From Actinomycetota bacterium (GTDB lineage Bacteria > Actinomycetota > Acidimicrobiia > Acidimicrobiales > SZUA-35), in contig JBCCRO010000001.1 in the NCBI GenBank assembly GCA_039201605.1, positions 162,173-226,172 of the forward strand: a stretch of DNA of 64,000 nucleotides. The letters run 5' to 3'. This document shows positions 53,095-62,455 of this stretch, in pieces. The notes beneath the pieces are model-generated. The model was given only the letters and a program-made list of their open reading frames with translations, had not been told where the DNA came from and made no database searches. Every line of letters begins with the position of its first letter. Position 1 is the stretch's first letter. The position numbers were made by a program, and so were the translations under genes.

Positions 53095-53832
53095 TCAGCC
53101 GGCGAGCAGTGCGGGCTCCAGCCAGTCGGCGTTGGGCAGGGGGATGACCTCGCTGAGCATGTCGGTCGGCTCGTGGCCCAGGGCCGAGCGCAGCATCTGC
53201 TGGTACACGTCGAGCTGGCGCTGGGCTTCGATCCGATTGCCGGCGGCGAGGTGGGCGTCGATCACGAGGCGGTGCGAGCTCTCCCGGATCGGCTCGATGG
53301 CGACCGCGGCCAACGCCAGCTGGACGGCGGCGTTGTGGTGGCCCTCGACCAGGGCGTGACGGGCGGCGTCCTCCAGGGTGCCGAGCCGGAACTGCCGCAG
53401 CCGCTCCCGCTCGATGGTCAGCCAGTCGTCGTACCAGTCGGGCAGCAGGTCGTGGTCGAGAGCCTGCATCGGGCGGACGGTCTCCAGCGTGGTCTGGGGC
53501 TCGGCCTCGGTCAGCTCGTCGAGCCCGTGGCGCACGTCGATCCACACGCCGTCGGCCAGTCGGAGCCGCGACTTGGTGGCCTCGATCAGCACGGCGTCGA
53601 CCTTGCCCAGACGCCACAGGGCGGAGCGAAGGTTGGCCTTGGCCCGGCGCTCGTCGTGCTCCGGCCAGAGCTGGAAGGCGGTGTAGGACCGCTCGGCCCC
53701 ACGCGGCGTCAGCGCCACGAAGGCCAGGAGTCGTTGGGCGGCCGGAGTGACGTCTACCGTCTGGCCTCCCACCTGCAATCCGAAGCCGCCAAGCAGCCGT
53801 AGTTCAACCTGCTGGGTGTGCACGCTCGTCAT
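53095..53832 (-). CDS. SARP-family (AfsR/DnrI/RedD-like) transcriptional regulator, winged helix plus BTAD
   Basis: The start is taken at ATG 53832 with GAGGGGA upstream. Sequence: VELRLLGGFGLQVGGQTV...AQRLLAFVAL...LRSALWRL, followed by a BTAD-like helical repeat (EGHHNAAVQLALAAVAIEPIRESSHRLVIDAHLAAGN). Confidence 0.75.
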   Translation of the reverse strand: MTSVHTQQVELRLLGGFGLQVGGQTVDVTPAAQRLLAFVALTPRGAERSYTAFQLWPEHDERRAKANLRSALWRLGKVDAVLIEATKSRLRLADGVWIDVRHGLDELTEAEPQTTLETVRPMQALDHDLLPDWYDDWLTIERERLRQFRLGTLEDAARHALVEGHHNAAVQLALAAVAIEPIRESSHRLVIDAHLAAGNRIEAQRQLDVYQQMLRSALGHEPTDMLSEVIPLPNADWLEPALLAG

Positions 53833-53876
53833 CGATGTCCCCTCAATTTCGGTGTCGGTCTCTCGGTGGCGGTCGG

Positions 53877-53910
53877 CGGCCCTCCGTACCCACATGAGTC
53901 GGGAGGGCCG
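53877..53910 (-). terminator. hairpin downstream of the lipoprotein gene
   Basis: CGGCCCTCC-16 nt-GGAGGGCCG forms a perfect 9-bp stem. It lies 41 nt after the stop of the 53951-55099 gene on the minus strand. There is no U-tract. Confidence 0.35.
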
Positions 53911-53950
53911 ACGGAAATACGCCGAATTTCGAATGTCGTCCTTTTGGCGA

Positions 53951-55099
53951 TCAGCTCAGCTCGATCCGGTACACCAGCCCCTGGACCGCCTCCGACGACT
54001 CGCCGTCGGGCAGTTCCTGGGCCAGGCCGCCGACGAGCCACAGGGCGCCGTCGTCGGCCTCGGTGAGGTCGTTGAACCAGAGGATGTCGAGGCCGACCAG
54101 CTCCTGCAGGTCGACCAGCCCCAGCTGCGAGCCGTCGGCGGGGTCGAGGATGTGCATCTCCCGGAAGTTCGAGTCGACGACGCAGGCGAAGCCGCCGCAG
54201 GGGGCGATGGCGCTGATCGTGCCGAAGCCGGTGTCGGCGTCGAGGGCGCTCCCGCCCACCTGCCAGCTCTCGCCGCCGGACCGGTCGAGGCGGGTGACCC
54301 CGGCCCCTTCCTCCAGGAAGCCACCGATGATGTAGGTGCCATCGTCGATCCAGCCACCCGCCGTCGGGTTGCCCTGGGTGGCGAGGGCCACGGCGTCGGG
54401 GGTGCCGGTGCAGGCGCCCTCCGCGATGTCGAAGCGGTCGATCTCGTTGGAGCCGGGGAAGTGGTCCCAGGCCACGGTGCCATCGGGCGACAGATCGATC
54501 CGGTTGCCGCCGCTGCCGCAGTCGATCGACTCGCCGCTCTCGGCGTCGACCAGCCAGGTGCCGAAGATCTCGTTGCTCGCCATCACCAGACCGGTGTCGC
54601 TGGCGGTCACGTACTCGATGCCGTCCTCGAAGCCGAGGACTCCTCCCGAGCCGAAGGTGGCGTCGGGGGTGAGGGTGCAGCCGTCGGCCCCGTCGAACTG
54701 GAACTTCAACAGGTCGGCGGCCTCGTCGCCCTCCTGGCCGGCGAGGAAGACGCCGGTGCCGACGACGGCGACGGAGTGGAAGTGCTCGGGGGAGTCCTCG
54801 CCGATGAACTCACCCTCGGGGAAGGCGCACTGGGTGGCGGTCCAGGTGATGCCGGCGGCGCCGGCCGTACCCCCGGTGCCCTCGTAGGGGATGGGGGCGG
54901 CGGCGTCGACGGTCGACTCGGTGGTCGTCGGCGCCTCGGTCGTCGTGGTGGTCGGGGCGGCCGTGGTGGTCGTCTCCTCGGCGGTCTCCTCGATCGTGGT
55001 CTCGGCCGACGTGTCGTCGCCCGATCCGCACCCGGCGGCGAACAGGCACAACACGACGGCGGCGGCCAGGCGGGGTAGCGCGCGTGATCCAAATGACAT
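53951..55099 (-). CDS. hypothetical secreted lipoprotein (Thr-rich linker, Gly/Asp-rich beta-rich body)
   Basis: 382 aa. The signal/lipobox is MSFGSRALPRLAAAVVLCLFAAGCGS, followed by a TTTT linker. I recognise no family. Confidence 0.6.
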   Translation of the reverse strand: MSFGSRALPRLAAAVVLCLFAAGCGSGDDTSAETTIEETAEETTTTAAPTTTTTEAPTTTESTVDAAAPIPYEGTGGTAGAAGITWTATQCAFPEGEFIGEDSPEHFHSVAVVGTGVFLAGQEGDEAADLLKFQFDGADGCTLTPDATFGSGGVLGFEDGIEYVTASDTGLVMASNEIFGTWLVDAESGESIDCGSGGNRIDLSPDGTVAWDHFPGSNEIDRFDIAEGACTGTPDAVALATQGNPTAGGWIDDGTYIIGGFLEEGAGVTRLDRSGGESWQVGGSALDADTGFGTISAIAPCGGFACVVDSNFREMHILDPADGSQLGLVDLQELVGLDILWFNDLTEADDGALWLVGGLAQELPDGESSEAVQGLVYRIELS

Positions 55100-55245
55100 C
55101 AGGTGAGTTCCCTCCAGAGTGCTGGTGGTATCGAACCAGAACGAGGTTGCACCGATGTTGCGTTCGTACCGGCCGGTACTGGGCGGTTGTGCTCACGGCG
55201 CCCCGTCGGCCCGATGCCCGGGGCCGGAGCGGGCGGTGTCGGCCC

Positions 55246-55884
55246 TCAGTCGGTGGCGGTGAAGACGTGACGCCGACTCATCTCGGCGAAGCTGGCCACG
55301 ATGGCGTCGGCCTCCTCGTCGTCGACGAGCGACACCAGGCGGATCACGCTCTCCAGCAGCTCGATCACGACGAGCAGCCGGAGTTCGAGATCGGGTCCGA
55401 AGGCGTCGCCGTCGGCGGCGCGCAGGTGGTCGGCCAACGTCTTGGCGTTGAGACGGCTGTCGGCGAGGTCGAGGTGGGCCAGCTCGGGGTCGGCGCGGAT
55501 GGCGGATCGCAACTGCACCCGATAGGGCTCCGAGCGATGCAGCTCGACGTAGGCCGCGAGGAGCTCCTCTTGGGCCCTCTCGACGTCGTCGGTGGAGGCC
55601 AGCTTGTCGGCGATCAGGGTCCGGTACTCCTCGAGCACCCGCAGGGCGAGCTCGCGCAACACCGCCGCCTTGGTCGGGAAGTAGCGGTAGACGGCCGCCT
55701 TGGACAGACCGGCCTCGGCGGCGATGGCGGTCATCGTGAGCTGGTCGACCCCGATGTCGTTGAGCAGGGTGGCGGTGGCATCGAGGATGGCGTGCACACC
55801 GGCCCTGCTGCGCTCCTGCTCGGGGGATCGGCGGCGTTCGACGGAACGGCCATCGGGCATGGCCTTGACACTACCGGGAGACAT
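55246..55884 (-). CDS. TetR family transcriptional regulator
   Basis: The HTH region is ILDATATLLNDIGVDQLTMTAIAAEAGLSKAAVYRYFPTK. An alternative start at ATG 55860 would leave the TTGACA box at 55865 intergenic. Confidence 0.85.
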   Translation of the reverse strand: MSPGSVKAMPDGRSVERRRSPEQERSRAGVHAILDATATLLNDIGVDQLTMTAIAAEAGLSKAAVYRYFPTKAAVLRELALRVLEEYRTLIADKLASTDDVERAQEELLAAYVELHRSEPYRVQLRSAIRADPELAHLDLADSRLNAKTLADHLRAADGDAFGPDLELRLLVVIELLESVIRLVSLVDDEEADAIVASFAEMSRRHVFTATD

Positions 55885-55894
55885 GACGCATAGT
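55865..55894 (+). promoter_or_regulatory. candidate promoter of the FMO-SDR operon (TTGACA - 18 nt - CATAGT)
   Basis: TTGACA at 55865-55870 and CATAGT at 55889-55894. The -10 overlaps the first operator-like inverted repeat. Confidence 0.3.
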
Positions 55895-55956
55895 CACGTC
55901 ATTAACGTGACGACCAGTCACGTTCACGAGGTGACCAGTCACGTTCACGAGGTGAC
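55893..55956. promoter_or_regulatory. operator array: three 19-bp inverted repeats including a perfect 21-bp tandem duplication (probable TetR binding sites)
   Basis: The three inverted repeats are GTCACGTCATTAACGTGAC (55893-55911), GTCACGTTCACGAGGTGAC (55917-55935) and an identical copy at 55938-55956. The 21-bp unit ACCAGTCACGTTCACGAGGTG is repeated exactly at 55913-55933 and 55934-55954. Confidence 0.55.
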
Positions 55957-55976
55957 GACGAGCGGAAGGGGCCCCG

Positions 55977-57323
55977 ATGGGCCGAAGAGCAGCGGACATC
56001 GACACCGGAGCCGAGGCGTCGACCCTCGATGTGGCCGTCATCGGCGCCGGACCGGCCGGCTTGCTGCTGGCTCGGCGGCTCGCCGCGTCGGGGGCGAACT
56101 TCCGCCTGTTCGAACGCCACAGCGACGTCGGTGGCATCTGGGACATCGACGCCCCCGGCTCGCCGATGTACGAGTCGGCCCATTTCATCTCGTCGCGCAC
56201 GCTGTCCGGATTCCCCGACTTCCCGATGCCGAGCGACTACCCGGACTACCCGAACCACCGGCAGCTGCTGGCCTACATCCGATCCTTCGCCGACGAGTTC
56301 GACCTCCGCCGCCACATCACCTTCGACACCGCGGTCGACCACGCCCGGTGGACACCCGAGGGTGACTGGCTCATCGAGCTCGGCGACGGCTCGCAGCGAC
56401 GGGCTCGCTACCTGATCTGCGCCAACGGCGTCACCTGGGTGCCCAACATCGTGACCTGGCCCGGCGACTTCGACGGTGAGGTGCGCCACTCGGTCACCTA
56501 CCGGTCGCCCGAGGAGTTCCGGGGCAAGCGGGTGCTGGTCGTCGGGGCCGGCAACTCCGGCGTCGACATCGCCTGCGATGCGGCCTTCGCCGCCGACCAG
56601 GCCTTCCTCAGCGTGCGCCGCGGCTACCACTTCATCCCCAAGCACATCATGGGCAAACCGGCCGACGTGTTCGCCACCGAGGGGCCGCACCTGCCCTTCA
56701 AGGTGGCCCAGCGGGTGTTCGGCGGTCTCCTCCGGCTGATCAACGGCGATCTGCGCCGCTACGGACTCCCCAAGCCCGACCATCGGGTCTTCGAGTCGCA
56801 TCCGATCATGAACACCCAGATCCTCCACTACCTCGGTCACGGCGACGCCATCGCCAAGGGCGACGTCGACCGCCTCGACGGTGACGAGGTGGTCTTCGCC
56901 GACGGGACCCGGGAGAAGGTCGATCTCGTCATCACCGCCACCGGCTACCAGCACGCCAGCCCCTTCCTCGACGACGGCGTGATCGAGACCAGGGGCGGTC
57001 GACCCGACCTCTACCTCGGACTCTTCCCCCGCAACCAGCCGAATCTCGCCGTGCTCGGCTTCATCGAGTTCGCCAGCGCCGCCTACGCCAACTTCGATTC
57101 GATGGCCGAGCTGATCGTGGCCGACGCCACCGGTGACGACGCCGTGGTCACCGCACTCGCCGATCGGAAACAGCACCACCGTCCCGACCTGACCGCCGGC
57201 CACGCCTACGTCGACTCGGAGCGGATGGCCAACTACGTCGACGTCGACACGTATCTTCCGGTGCTGGCCGAGGTCAAGGACGAGATCGGCCTCGACCGGG
57301 CGCGGGAGCGGGTCGGCCGATGA
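55977..57323 (+). CDS. class B flavin-containing monooxygenase (FMO-type)
   Basis: The FAD motif is VAVIGAGPAGL...GGIWD. The FMO fingerprint is FDGEVRHSVTY (FxGxxxHxxxY). The NADPH motif is VLVVGAGNSGVDIA. Confidence 0.85.
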   Translation: MGRRAADIDTGAEASTLDVAVIGAGPAGLLLARRLAASGANFRLFERHSDVGGIWDIDAPGSPMYESAHFISSRTLSGFPDFPMPSDYPDYPNHRQLLAYIRSFADEFDLRRHITFDTAVDHARWTPEGDWLIELGDGSQRRARYLICANGVTWVPNIVTWPGDFDGEVRHSVTYRSPEEFRGKRVLVVGAGNSGVDIACDAAFAADQAFLSVRRGYHFIPKHIMGKPADVFATEGPHLPFKVAQRVFGGLLRLINGDLRRYGLPKPDHRVFESHPIMNTQILHYLGHGDAIAKGDVDRLDGDEVVFADGTREKVDLVITATGYQHASPFLDDGVIETRGGRPDLYLGLFPRNQPNLAVLGFIEFASAAYANFDSMAELIVADATGDDAVVTALADRKQHHRPDLTAGHAYVDSERMANYVDVDTYLPVLAEVKDEIGLDRARERVGR

Positions 57324-58147
57324 GCGCCGGTTCGACCACCGAGCCGATCGCGCTGGTGACCGGTGCGGCATCGGGGATCGGCGCCGAGGTGGCGCAGCGA
57401 CTTCGGCGCCGCGGGTACGCCGTCGTCGCCGTCGACCGGACCGAGGAACTCGCCGCCGTCGCCGCAGCGGCCGTCGACGGCGAGTCGGTGGCCTGCGACC
57501 TGGCCGACCGGGCGGCGTTGGCCGAGCTGTGCGAACGGATCGAGGGTGGATGGGGTCGTCGGCTCGAGGTGGTGGTGGCCAACGCCGGTGTGGTGTCGAT
57601 CGGGACGGTGGAGGAGGGGAGCGGGCAGGAGCTCGATCTCACCATCGAGGTGAACCTGCGAGCCGCCACCCACGTGATCCGCTCCGCCGTGCGGGCCTTC
57701 TCGCCGGGCGGCCGGGGGCACGCACTGGCGACGGTGTCGATGGGGGGCATCCTCGCCATGCCGGGTTCGGCCGCCTACGCCGCATCCAAGGCCGGTCTCC
57801 GAGCGTTCCTCGCCTCCCTCAACGCCGAGCTCGGGGGCACCGACATCCGGGTGAGCGGCATCTACCCCAGCGCCGTCGACACGCCGATGCTGCGACACGA
57901 GGCCCGCAACGGCGGCAGCCCGCTCAACTTCGTGGGCGACGTGCTTACCGTCGACGCCATCGCCGACGCCTACGAGAAGGCCCTCGACACCGGTCGGCTC
58001 GAGGTCTACGCCCCGTACTCCGACAGCGTCCTCAGCCGTCTGGCGATGCTGCGGCCCGCCGTTCTCCCCCGACTGCTCGGTCCGCTCAACCGCATCGGCG
58101 AGCGGGGTCGACGCGCCTTCCTGGCCGAGATCGGCGACGGCGCCTGA
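57320..58147 (+). CDS. short-chain dehydrogenase/reductase
   Basis: The ATG overlaps the FMO stop (ATGA). Motifs: TGAASGIG, NAGV, SAAYAASKAG (YxxxK). Confidence 0.85.
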   Translation: MSAGSTTEPIALVTGAASGIGAEVAQRLRRRGYAVVAVDRTEELAAVAAAAVDGESVACDLADRAALAELCERIEGGWGRRLEVVVANAGVVSIGTVEEGSGQELDLTIEVNLRAATHVIRSAVRAFSPGGRGHALATVSMGGILAMPGSAAYAASKAGLRAFLASLNAELGGTDIRVSGIYPSAVDTPMLRHEARNGGSPLNFVGDVLTVDAIADAYEKALDTGRLEVYAPYSDSVLSRLAMLRPAVLPRLLGPLNRIGERGRRAFLAEIGDGA

Positions 58148-58224
58148 CGCCGGGCGGAGGCCGCGGTCGTCGCCAGGTGCGCAGCCGATGGCCGGAGCGG
58201 CCGACCGGGCCGACGGCTGGGGCC

Positions 58225-58276
58225 AGCGGCTCAGACGAGCGGCTCAGATGAGCGGCTCAGATGAGCGGCTCAGAAG
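58225..58276. repeat. four tandem copies of a 13-bp unit (AGCGGCTCAGAYG)
   Basis: The four copies are agcggctcagacg, agcggctcagatg, agcggctcagatg and agcggctcagaag. The last copy contains the stop codon of the minus-strand yqeY-like gene. Confidence 0.9.
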
Positions 58277-58716
58277 AGCTTGGACTTGACCAGGTCGGCC
58301 ACGGTCCGCCCGTCGGCCCGACCCGCCACCTCGGCGTTGATCGCCTTCATCGCCTTGCCCATGTCGGCCTTGGCCGCCCAGCCGTTGGCGGCCAGCGTCT
58401 CGTCGACCAGCGCCTCCAGCTCCTCGGGGGTGAGGGCGGCGGGGAGGTAGGTCTCGAGCACGGCCTGCTCCTCCCGCTCCGCCTCGGCCCGCTCCGGGCG
58501 GCCGCCGGCCTCGAAGGCCTCGGCCGCCTCCACCCGGCGCTTGACCTGGGAGGTGATCACGGCCTGGACCTCGTCGTCGGAGAGGGTGGTAGCGGCATCG
58601 CCGGCCACCTCGGCCTCCTTCACCGCGGCCAGTATGGCGCGCAGGGAGCGGAGGCGGACGGCGTCCTTGGCCTTCATGGCCGCCGTCAGGTCTTCACGGA
58701 TGGTGTCGATCAGCAT
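58270..58716 (-). CDS. GatB/YqeY domain-containing protein
   Basis: 148 aa: MLIDTIREDLTAAMKAKD...LRAILAAVKEAEV...YLPAALTPEELEALV. Confidence 0.85.
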   Translation of the reverse strand: MLIDTIREDLTAAMKAKDAVRLRSLRAILAAVKEAEVAGDAATTLSDDEVQAVITSQVKRRVEAAEAFEAGGRPERAEAEREEQAVLETYLPAALTPEELEALVDETLAANGWAAKADMGKAMKAINAEVAGRADGRTVADLVKSKLF

Positions 58717-58776
58717 GGGTCGTCCTCGCCTGCGGGTGGTGGCGGTCGTCGTGCGGTGGTGCGGGCCCGGCCGGAC

Positions 58777-59601
58777 TCAGCTCGGGTAGATCCAGGCAAG
58801 GTAGAACGAGGCGATCAAGATCGCCAGGGAGAATAGGGCGATGACGCCACCCCAGAACCAGTACGGCAGCAGGAGCACGTTGGCGATGGTCTGGGTGTCG
58901 GAGTCGGTCAGGGTGCCGTCGCTGCGGATGAAGTTCTTGGTGAACATGTAGTTGAGGCTGCCCCAACTGGCCACGCAGAACTGGATGCCGACCAGCTGGG
59001 CCACGAACACCTTGATCAGCACCGGGGCCTGCCAGGCCAGCGGCACCAGGGCCAGGCCGATCAGGCCGAGCACGACCCACCCGAACGTGTTGCGGACGAA
59101 GAGCACCACCGACAGCAGCACCGCCGCCGCCAGACCGGTGAGGATCCACGGGGCCGTGGCCTCCCGGGAGCCGAGCACGATGAACAGTCCGCCGACGACG
59201 GCGGGGGCCAGGAGGCCGCCGGCGGCCACGATGGCCCGACCCAGCCCGCCGAGGCCGCTGGAGAAGGCGAGACCGTCGAGGTTGCGATGGACCTCCAGCC
59301 GCTTGAAGCGGCCGCCGACGGCGATGGCGGTGAGCCCGTGGCCCAGCTCGTGGACCCAGGTGCCCAGCAGGGCGAAGGGGTAGAGCAGCATCCGCCCGTA
59401 CGGCAGGCGGGGCAGGATCAGGCTGACGGCGACGGCGGCCCAGAACAGCTGGATCAGCTGGCCGTCGGCCATGTCGGAGAATTCGGGGAGGCGGTCGAGC
59501 ACACCGCTCTGGAAGCCCTCGGGCAACCCGATCGGCAACGGCTGCAGCCCGCCGAAGGTCGCAGCCACTTGTCGTCCCGCCCACTCGGTCACGGTGCCCA
59601 C
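58777..59601 (-). CDS. M50-like membrane metallopeptidase
   Basis: 274 aa, multi-TM, with the HExxH motif WVHELGHGLTA. Confidence 0.7.
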   Translation of the reverse strand: MGTVTEWAGRQVAATFGGLQPLPIGLPEGFQSGVLDRLPEFSDMADGQLIQLFWAAVAVSLILPRLPYGRMLLYPFALLGTWVHELGHGLTAIAVGGRFKRLEVHRNLDGLAFSSGLGGLGRAIVAAGGLLAPAVVGGLFIVLGSREATAPWILTGLAAAVLLSVVLFVRNTFGWVVLGLIGLALVPLAWQAPVLIKVFVAQLVGIQFCVASWGSLNYMFTKNFIRSDGTLTDSDTQTIANVLLLPYWFWGGVIALFSLAILIASFYLAWIYPS

Positions 59602-59660
59602 CGTAGTGCGCGCCGGACCGCCGTTGGTTCCGGTCGGGGGCGCTGTCCTACGATGCGCCC

Positions 59661-60437
59661 GTGGAGGAGATCTGCCGAGACCTGCAGGGGGAGCACGACG
59701 CCCTCGATGCCGTCGTCGCCGACCTGACCGAGGAGGAGTGGTCGGGGCCGACCCTGGCCGAGGGGTGGGACGTCAAGGAGACGATCGTCCATCTCATCCA
59801 GGCCGACCATGCCGCCTTCCTGTCCGCCACCGACCCCGACGCCTTCGCCGCCGCCCTCGAGGCGGCCATGCGGGGGGAGGGGCTCGAGGTGTTCGGGAGC
59901 TCCGAGGGAAAGTCCGGCGCCGACGTGTTGGCCTGGTGGCGACAGCAGCGGACCGACATGGTGGACGCCCTGGCCGCCCGGGGCCCGAAGGATCGCCTGC
60001 CGTGGTTCGGGCCCGACATGGGCGCCAAGTCGTTCGCCACCGCCCGCCTCATGGAGACCTGGGCCCACGGCCGGGACATCGCCGATGCCGTCGGAGCCGA
60101 CATCCCCCCGTCGGACCGGCTGCGCCACGTGGCCGACATCGGGGTCCGCACCCGGGGCTGGAGCTACATCAACCGTCGGCTGACTCCGCCCGAGGCCGAG
60201 GTCCGGGTCGAGCTGGCGGCACCGTCTGGCGACCGCTGGGACTGGGGCCCGGCCGAGGCCGCCGATCGGGTGACCGGCACCGCCCTCGACTTCTGCCTCG
60301 TCGTCACTCAGCGCCGCCACGTCGACGACACGGCGCTGGTCGCCAGCGGGCCCGCCGCCACCGAATGGCTGGAGCTGGCCCAGGCTTTCGCCGGTCCGCC
60401 GACCGACGTCGACACCGCCCGACGACAGGCCGATTGA
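59661..60437 (+). CDS. DinB/MDMPI-type (mycothiol-dependent maleylpyruvate isomerase N-terminal domain) family protein
   Basis: 258 aa with a GTG start. Sequence: DLTEEEWSGPTLAEGWDVKETIVHL...METWAHGRDIADA. Confidence 0.7.
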   Translation: MEEICRDLQGEHDALDAVVADLTEEEWSGPTLAEGWDVKETIVHLIQADHAAFLSATDPDAFAAALEAAMRGEGLEVFGSSEGKSGADVLAWWRQQRTDMVDALAARGPKDRLPWFGPDMGAKSFATARLMETWAHGRDIADAVGADIPPSDRLRHVADIGVRTRGWSYINRRLTPPEAEVRVELAAPSGDRWDWGPAEAADRVTGTALDFCLVVTQRRHVDDTALVASGPAATEWLELAQAFAGPPTDVDTARRQAD

Positions 60438-60562
60438 CGGCTCTCGAGGCCCCACCGGACCCGCTGCGATACGGGCGGTGAGGCTCGACCGCGGGCCGTG
60501 GTTACGACCTCGGGAAACTTCACCCGTCGAGTGGCGCGGGACTGTCGAGCGGTCCAGATTGG

Positions 60563-62428
60563 TTGGTGGGGCAAACGCCGGCGGACTTCCGTCGGCGGTG
60601 GCGAACAGGAGAGCGGAGCGGTTCGGTGACGGACGAGAGCGGGCGTAGAGATCTTCCGATCTGGACGCGTGCCTATGCGGCCGAGGTGTTTCCCGGCCCC
60701 GTCATGCCCCTCGACGCCGACCTGCTCCTGCACCGCATCGCCGGTCCCGCCTGGCGGGCCGAGCTGATCGGCCGCCTCGGGTTCCGCCCCGACGAGCTGC
60801 CCCCGTCGGCCCCGCCCGTGATCGCCGTGATCGACGGCTACGCCTACCTCAACGCCTCGCTACTCCGGGTGTGGGCCCACCGCACCCCGGTGCTGGCCGC
60901 CAACCACATCGACGCCGCCTACCTCGGCCCCGGGCTGCCCGCCCACCAGGTCATGGGGTGGCACGACCACCCGGCGGCCACCGGGGGCTCGCTGCACCAG
61001 TGGCTCCGACGGCTCCTGGTCGAGGGCGACCTGGGCGACGTCGACGAGCTGTGGGCCGAGGCCCGCCGCCTGCAGAACGAGCGGCCCGACATCGCCACCC
61101 TGCTCGACACCGAGGTCCACCGTCGCATCGCCGATCTGGCCCCGCTCCTGGCCCGGGTGCTCGCTCGCCAGCTCCACATCATGTTGGCCGCCTCGATCGG
61201 ACCCGGGATCCTGTCGGCGATCTGCGTCGAGCGGGGCCTGCCCACCGAGGCCGTCCACCTCATCGCCGGCCTCGGCGGGGTGCCGACCGCAGCGCCGGTA
61301 CCGGCGCTGTGGACGCTGTCGCGTCTGGCCGCCCACTCCGCCACCGCCGCCGACGCTTTCAACCTCGGTCCCGCCGGGCTCGAGGGCCGCCTCCGGGCCT
61401 CGGGCGCCGGCGATGTGCGAGGTCTCATCGCCGGCGTCGACGCCCTGGCCGCCGAGGTGGGTGCGCTCGGCGCTGGCACGTGGGAGTTGACGGCGCCGAG
61501 CGACGCCGGGGTCACCGGCGCCGTGCTGGCCGCCGTCGACCGCCTCCGCCGCCTCCCCGACACCCTCGATCCGGCGCCGGCCATGGCCGCCGTCGCCGCC
61601 AACCGGGCCGAGCTCGTCACCGAGTTCGACGACACCCTCGACACCGAGCGCGATGTCGAGGAACGCGCCGCCCGCAACCAGTTCCTGGTGGCGGTCCGGG
61701 CCACCGAGTCGGTGGTGCGGGCCCGGGAGCGGATCAGCCTCGCCCTCGGTCTGGTGCTCGACGAGATGCGAGTCGCCGTCCGGGAGCTCGGGCTCCGGGC
61801 CACCGCCCGCAACGACGTGTCGCACCCCGACGACCTCCGCCTGCTCAACGCCGACGAGTTCGCCTACTACGCCGATGGCGGCCTGGCCGACGTCGGCGCC
61901 ATCGTGTCGGCCCGACGGATCGCCCTGGCCGAGCGGCGGCGGACACCGCCGCCCGTCGTCGACGTCGAGACCGGGGCCGGCCGCACGATCCGACCGGCCA
62001 CCGACGCCGACGCCGCCTCGCCGATGCCGCTGGAGGCCGGTGGCATCGTGATGGGCTGGCCGGTGGCGTCGGCCGTCGGCCGCGGTCGGGCCCGGATCGT
62101 CACCGATCTCACCGCCGGCCCGCCCGCCGACCTGGAGCCGGGCGAGGTGCTGGTGGCCTCCACCATCCCCACCTCGTGGTTGCCGTACCTGATCGGTATC
62201 GGCGGCGTGGTGACCGAGGCCGGCAGCCTGTTGAGCCACCTGTCGGTGCTCTGCCGAGAGCTGTCGGTGCCCCTGGTGGCCGGTATCGAGCACGCCACCG
62301 GGGTGTTCGTCGAGGGGTCGGTGCTGTCGGTCGACGGACTCACCGGGATCGTGTCGGTGATGGAGGACCCGCCGGTCGAGACCGCATCCGAGGCCGTGAT
62401 GATCCTCGACCCGTGGGGCGTGTCCTGA
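60563..62428 (+). CDS. PEP-utilising enzyme mobile-domain protein
   Basis: The C-terminal swivel domain is GRGRARIV...PGEVLVASTIPTSWLPYLIGIGGVVTEAGSLLSHLSVLCRELSVPLVAG. The N-terminal 450 aa are unassigned. The start is uncertain (TTG 60563 or GTG about 60626). Confidence 0.6.
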   Translation: MVGQTPADFRRRWRTGERSGSVTDESGRRDLPIWTRAYAAEVFPGPVMPLDADLLLHRIAGPAWRAELIGRLGFRPDELPPSAPPVIAVIDGYAYLNASLLRVWAHRTPVLAANHIDAAYLGPGLPAHQVMGWHDHPAATGGSLHQWLRRLLVEGDLGDVDELWAEARRLQNERPDIATLLDTEVHRRIADLAPLLARVLARQLHIMLAASIGPGILSAICVERGLPTEAVHLIAGLGGVPTAAPVPALWTLSRLAAHSATAADAFNLGPAGLEGRLRASGAGDVRGLIAGVDALAAEVGALGAGTWELTAPSDAGVTGAVLAAVDRLRRLPDTLDPAPAMAAVAANRAELVTEFDDTLDTERDVEERAARNQFLVAVRATESVVRARERISLALGLVLDEMRVAVRELGLRATARNDVSHPDDLRLLNADEFAYYADGGLADVGAIVSARRIALAERRRTPPPVVDVETGAGRTIRPATDADAASPMPLEAGGIVMGWPVASAVGRGRARIVTDLTAGPPADLEPGEVLVASTIPTSWLPYLIGIGGVVTEAGSLLSHLSVLCRELSVPLVAGIEHATGVFVEGSVLSVDGLTGIVSVMEDPPVETASEAVMILDPWGVS

Positions 62429-62455
62429 GAGACGGCGTCCCGTCGGCGGCGACGC

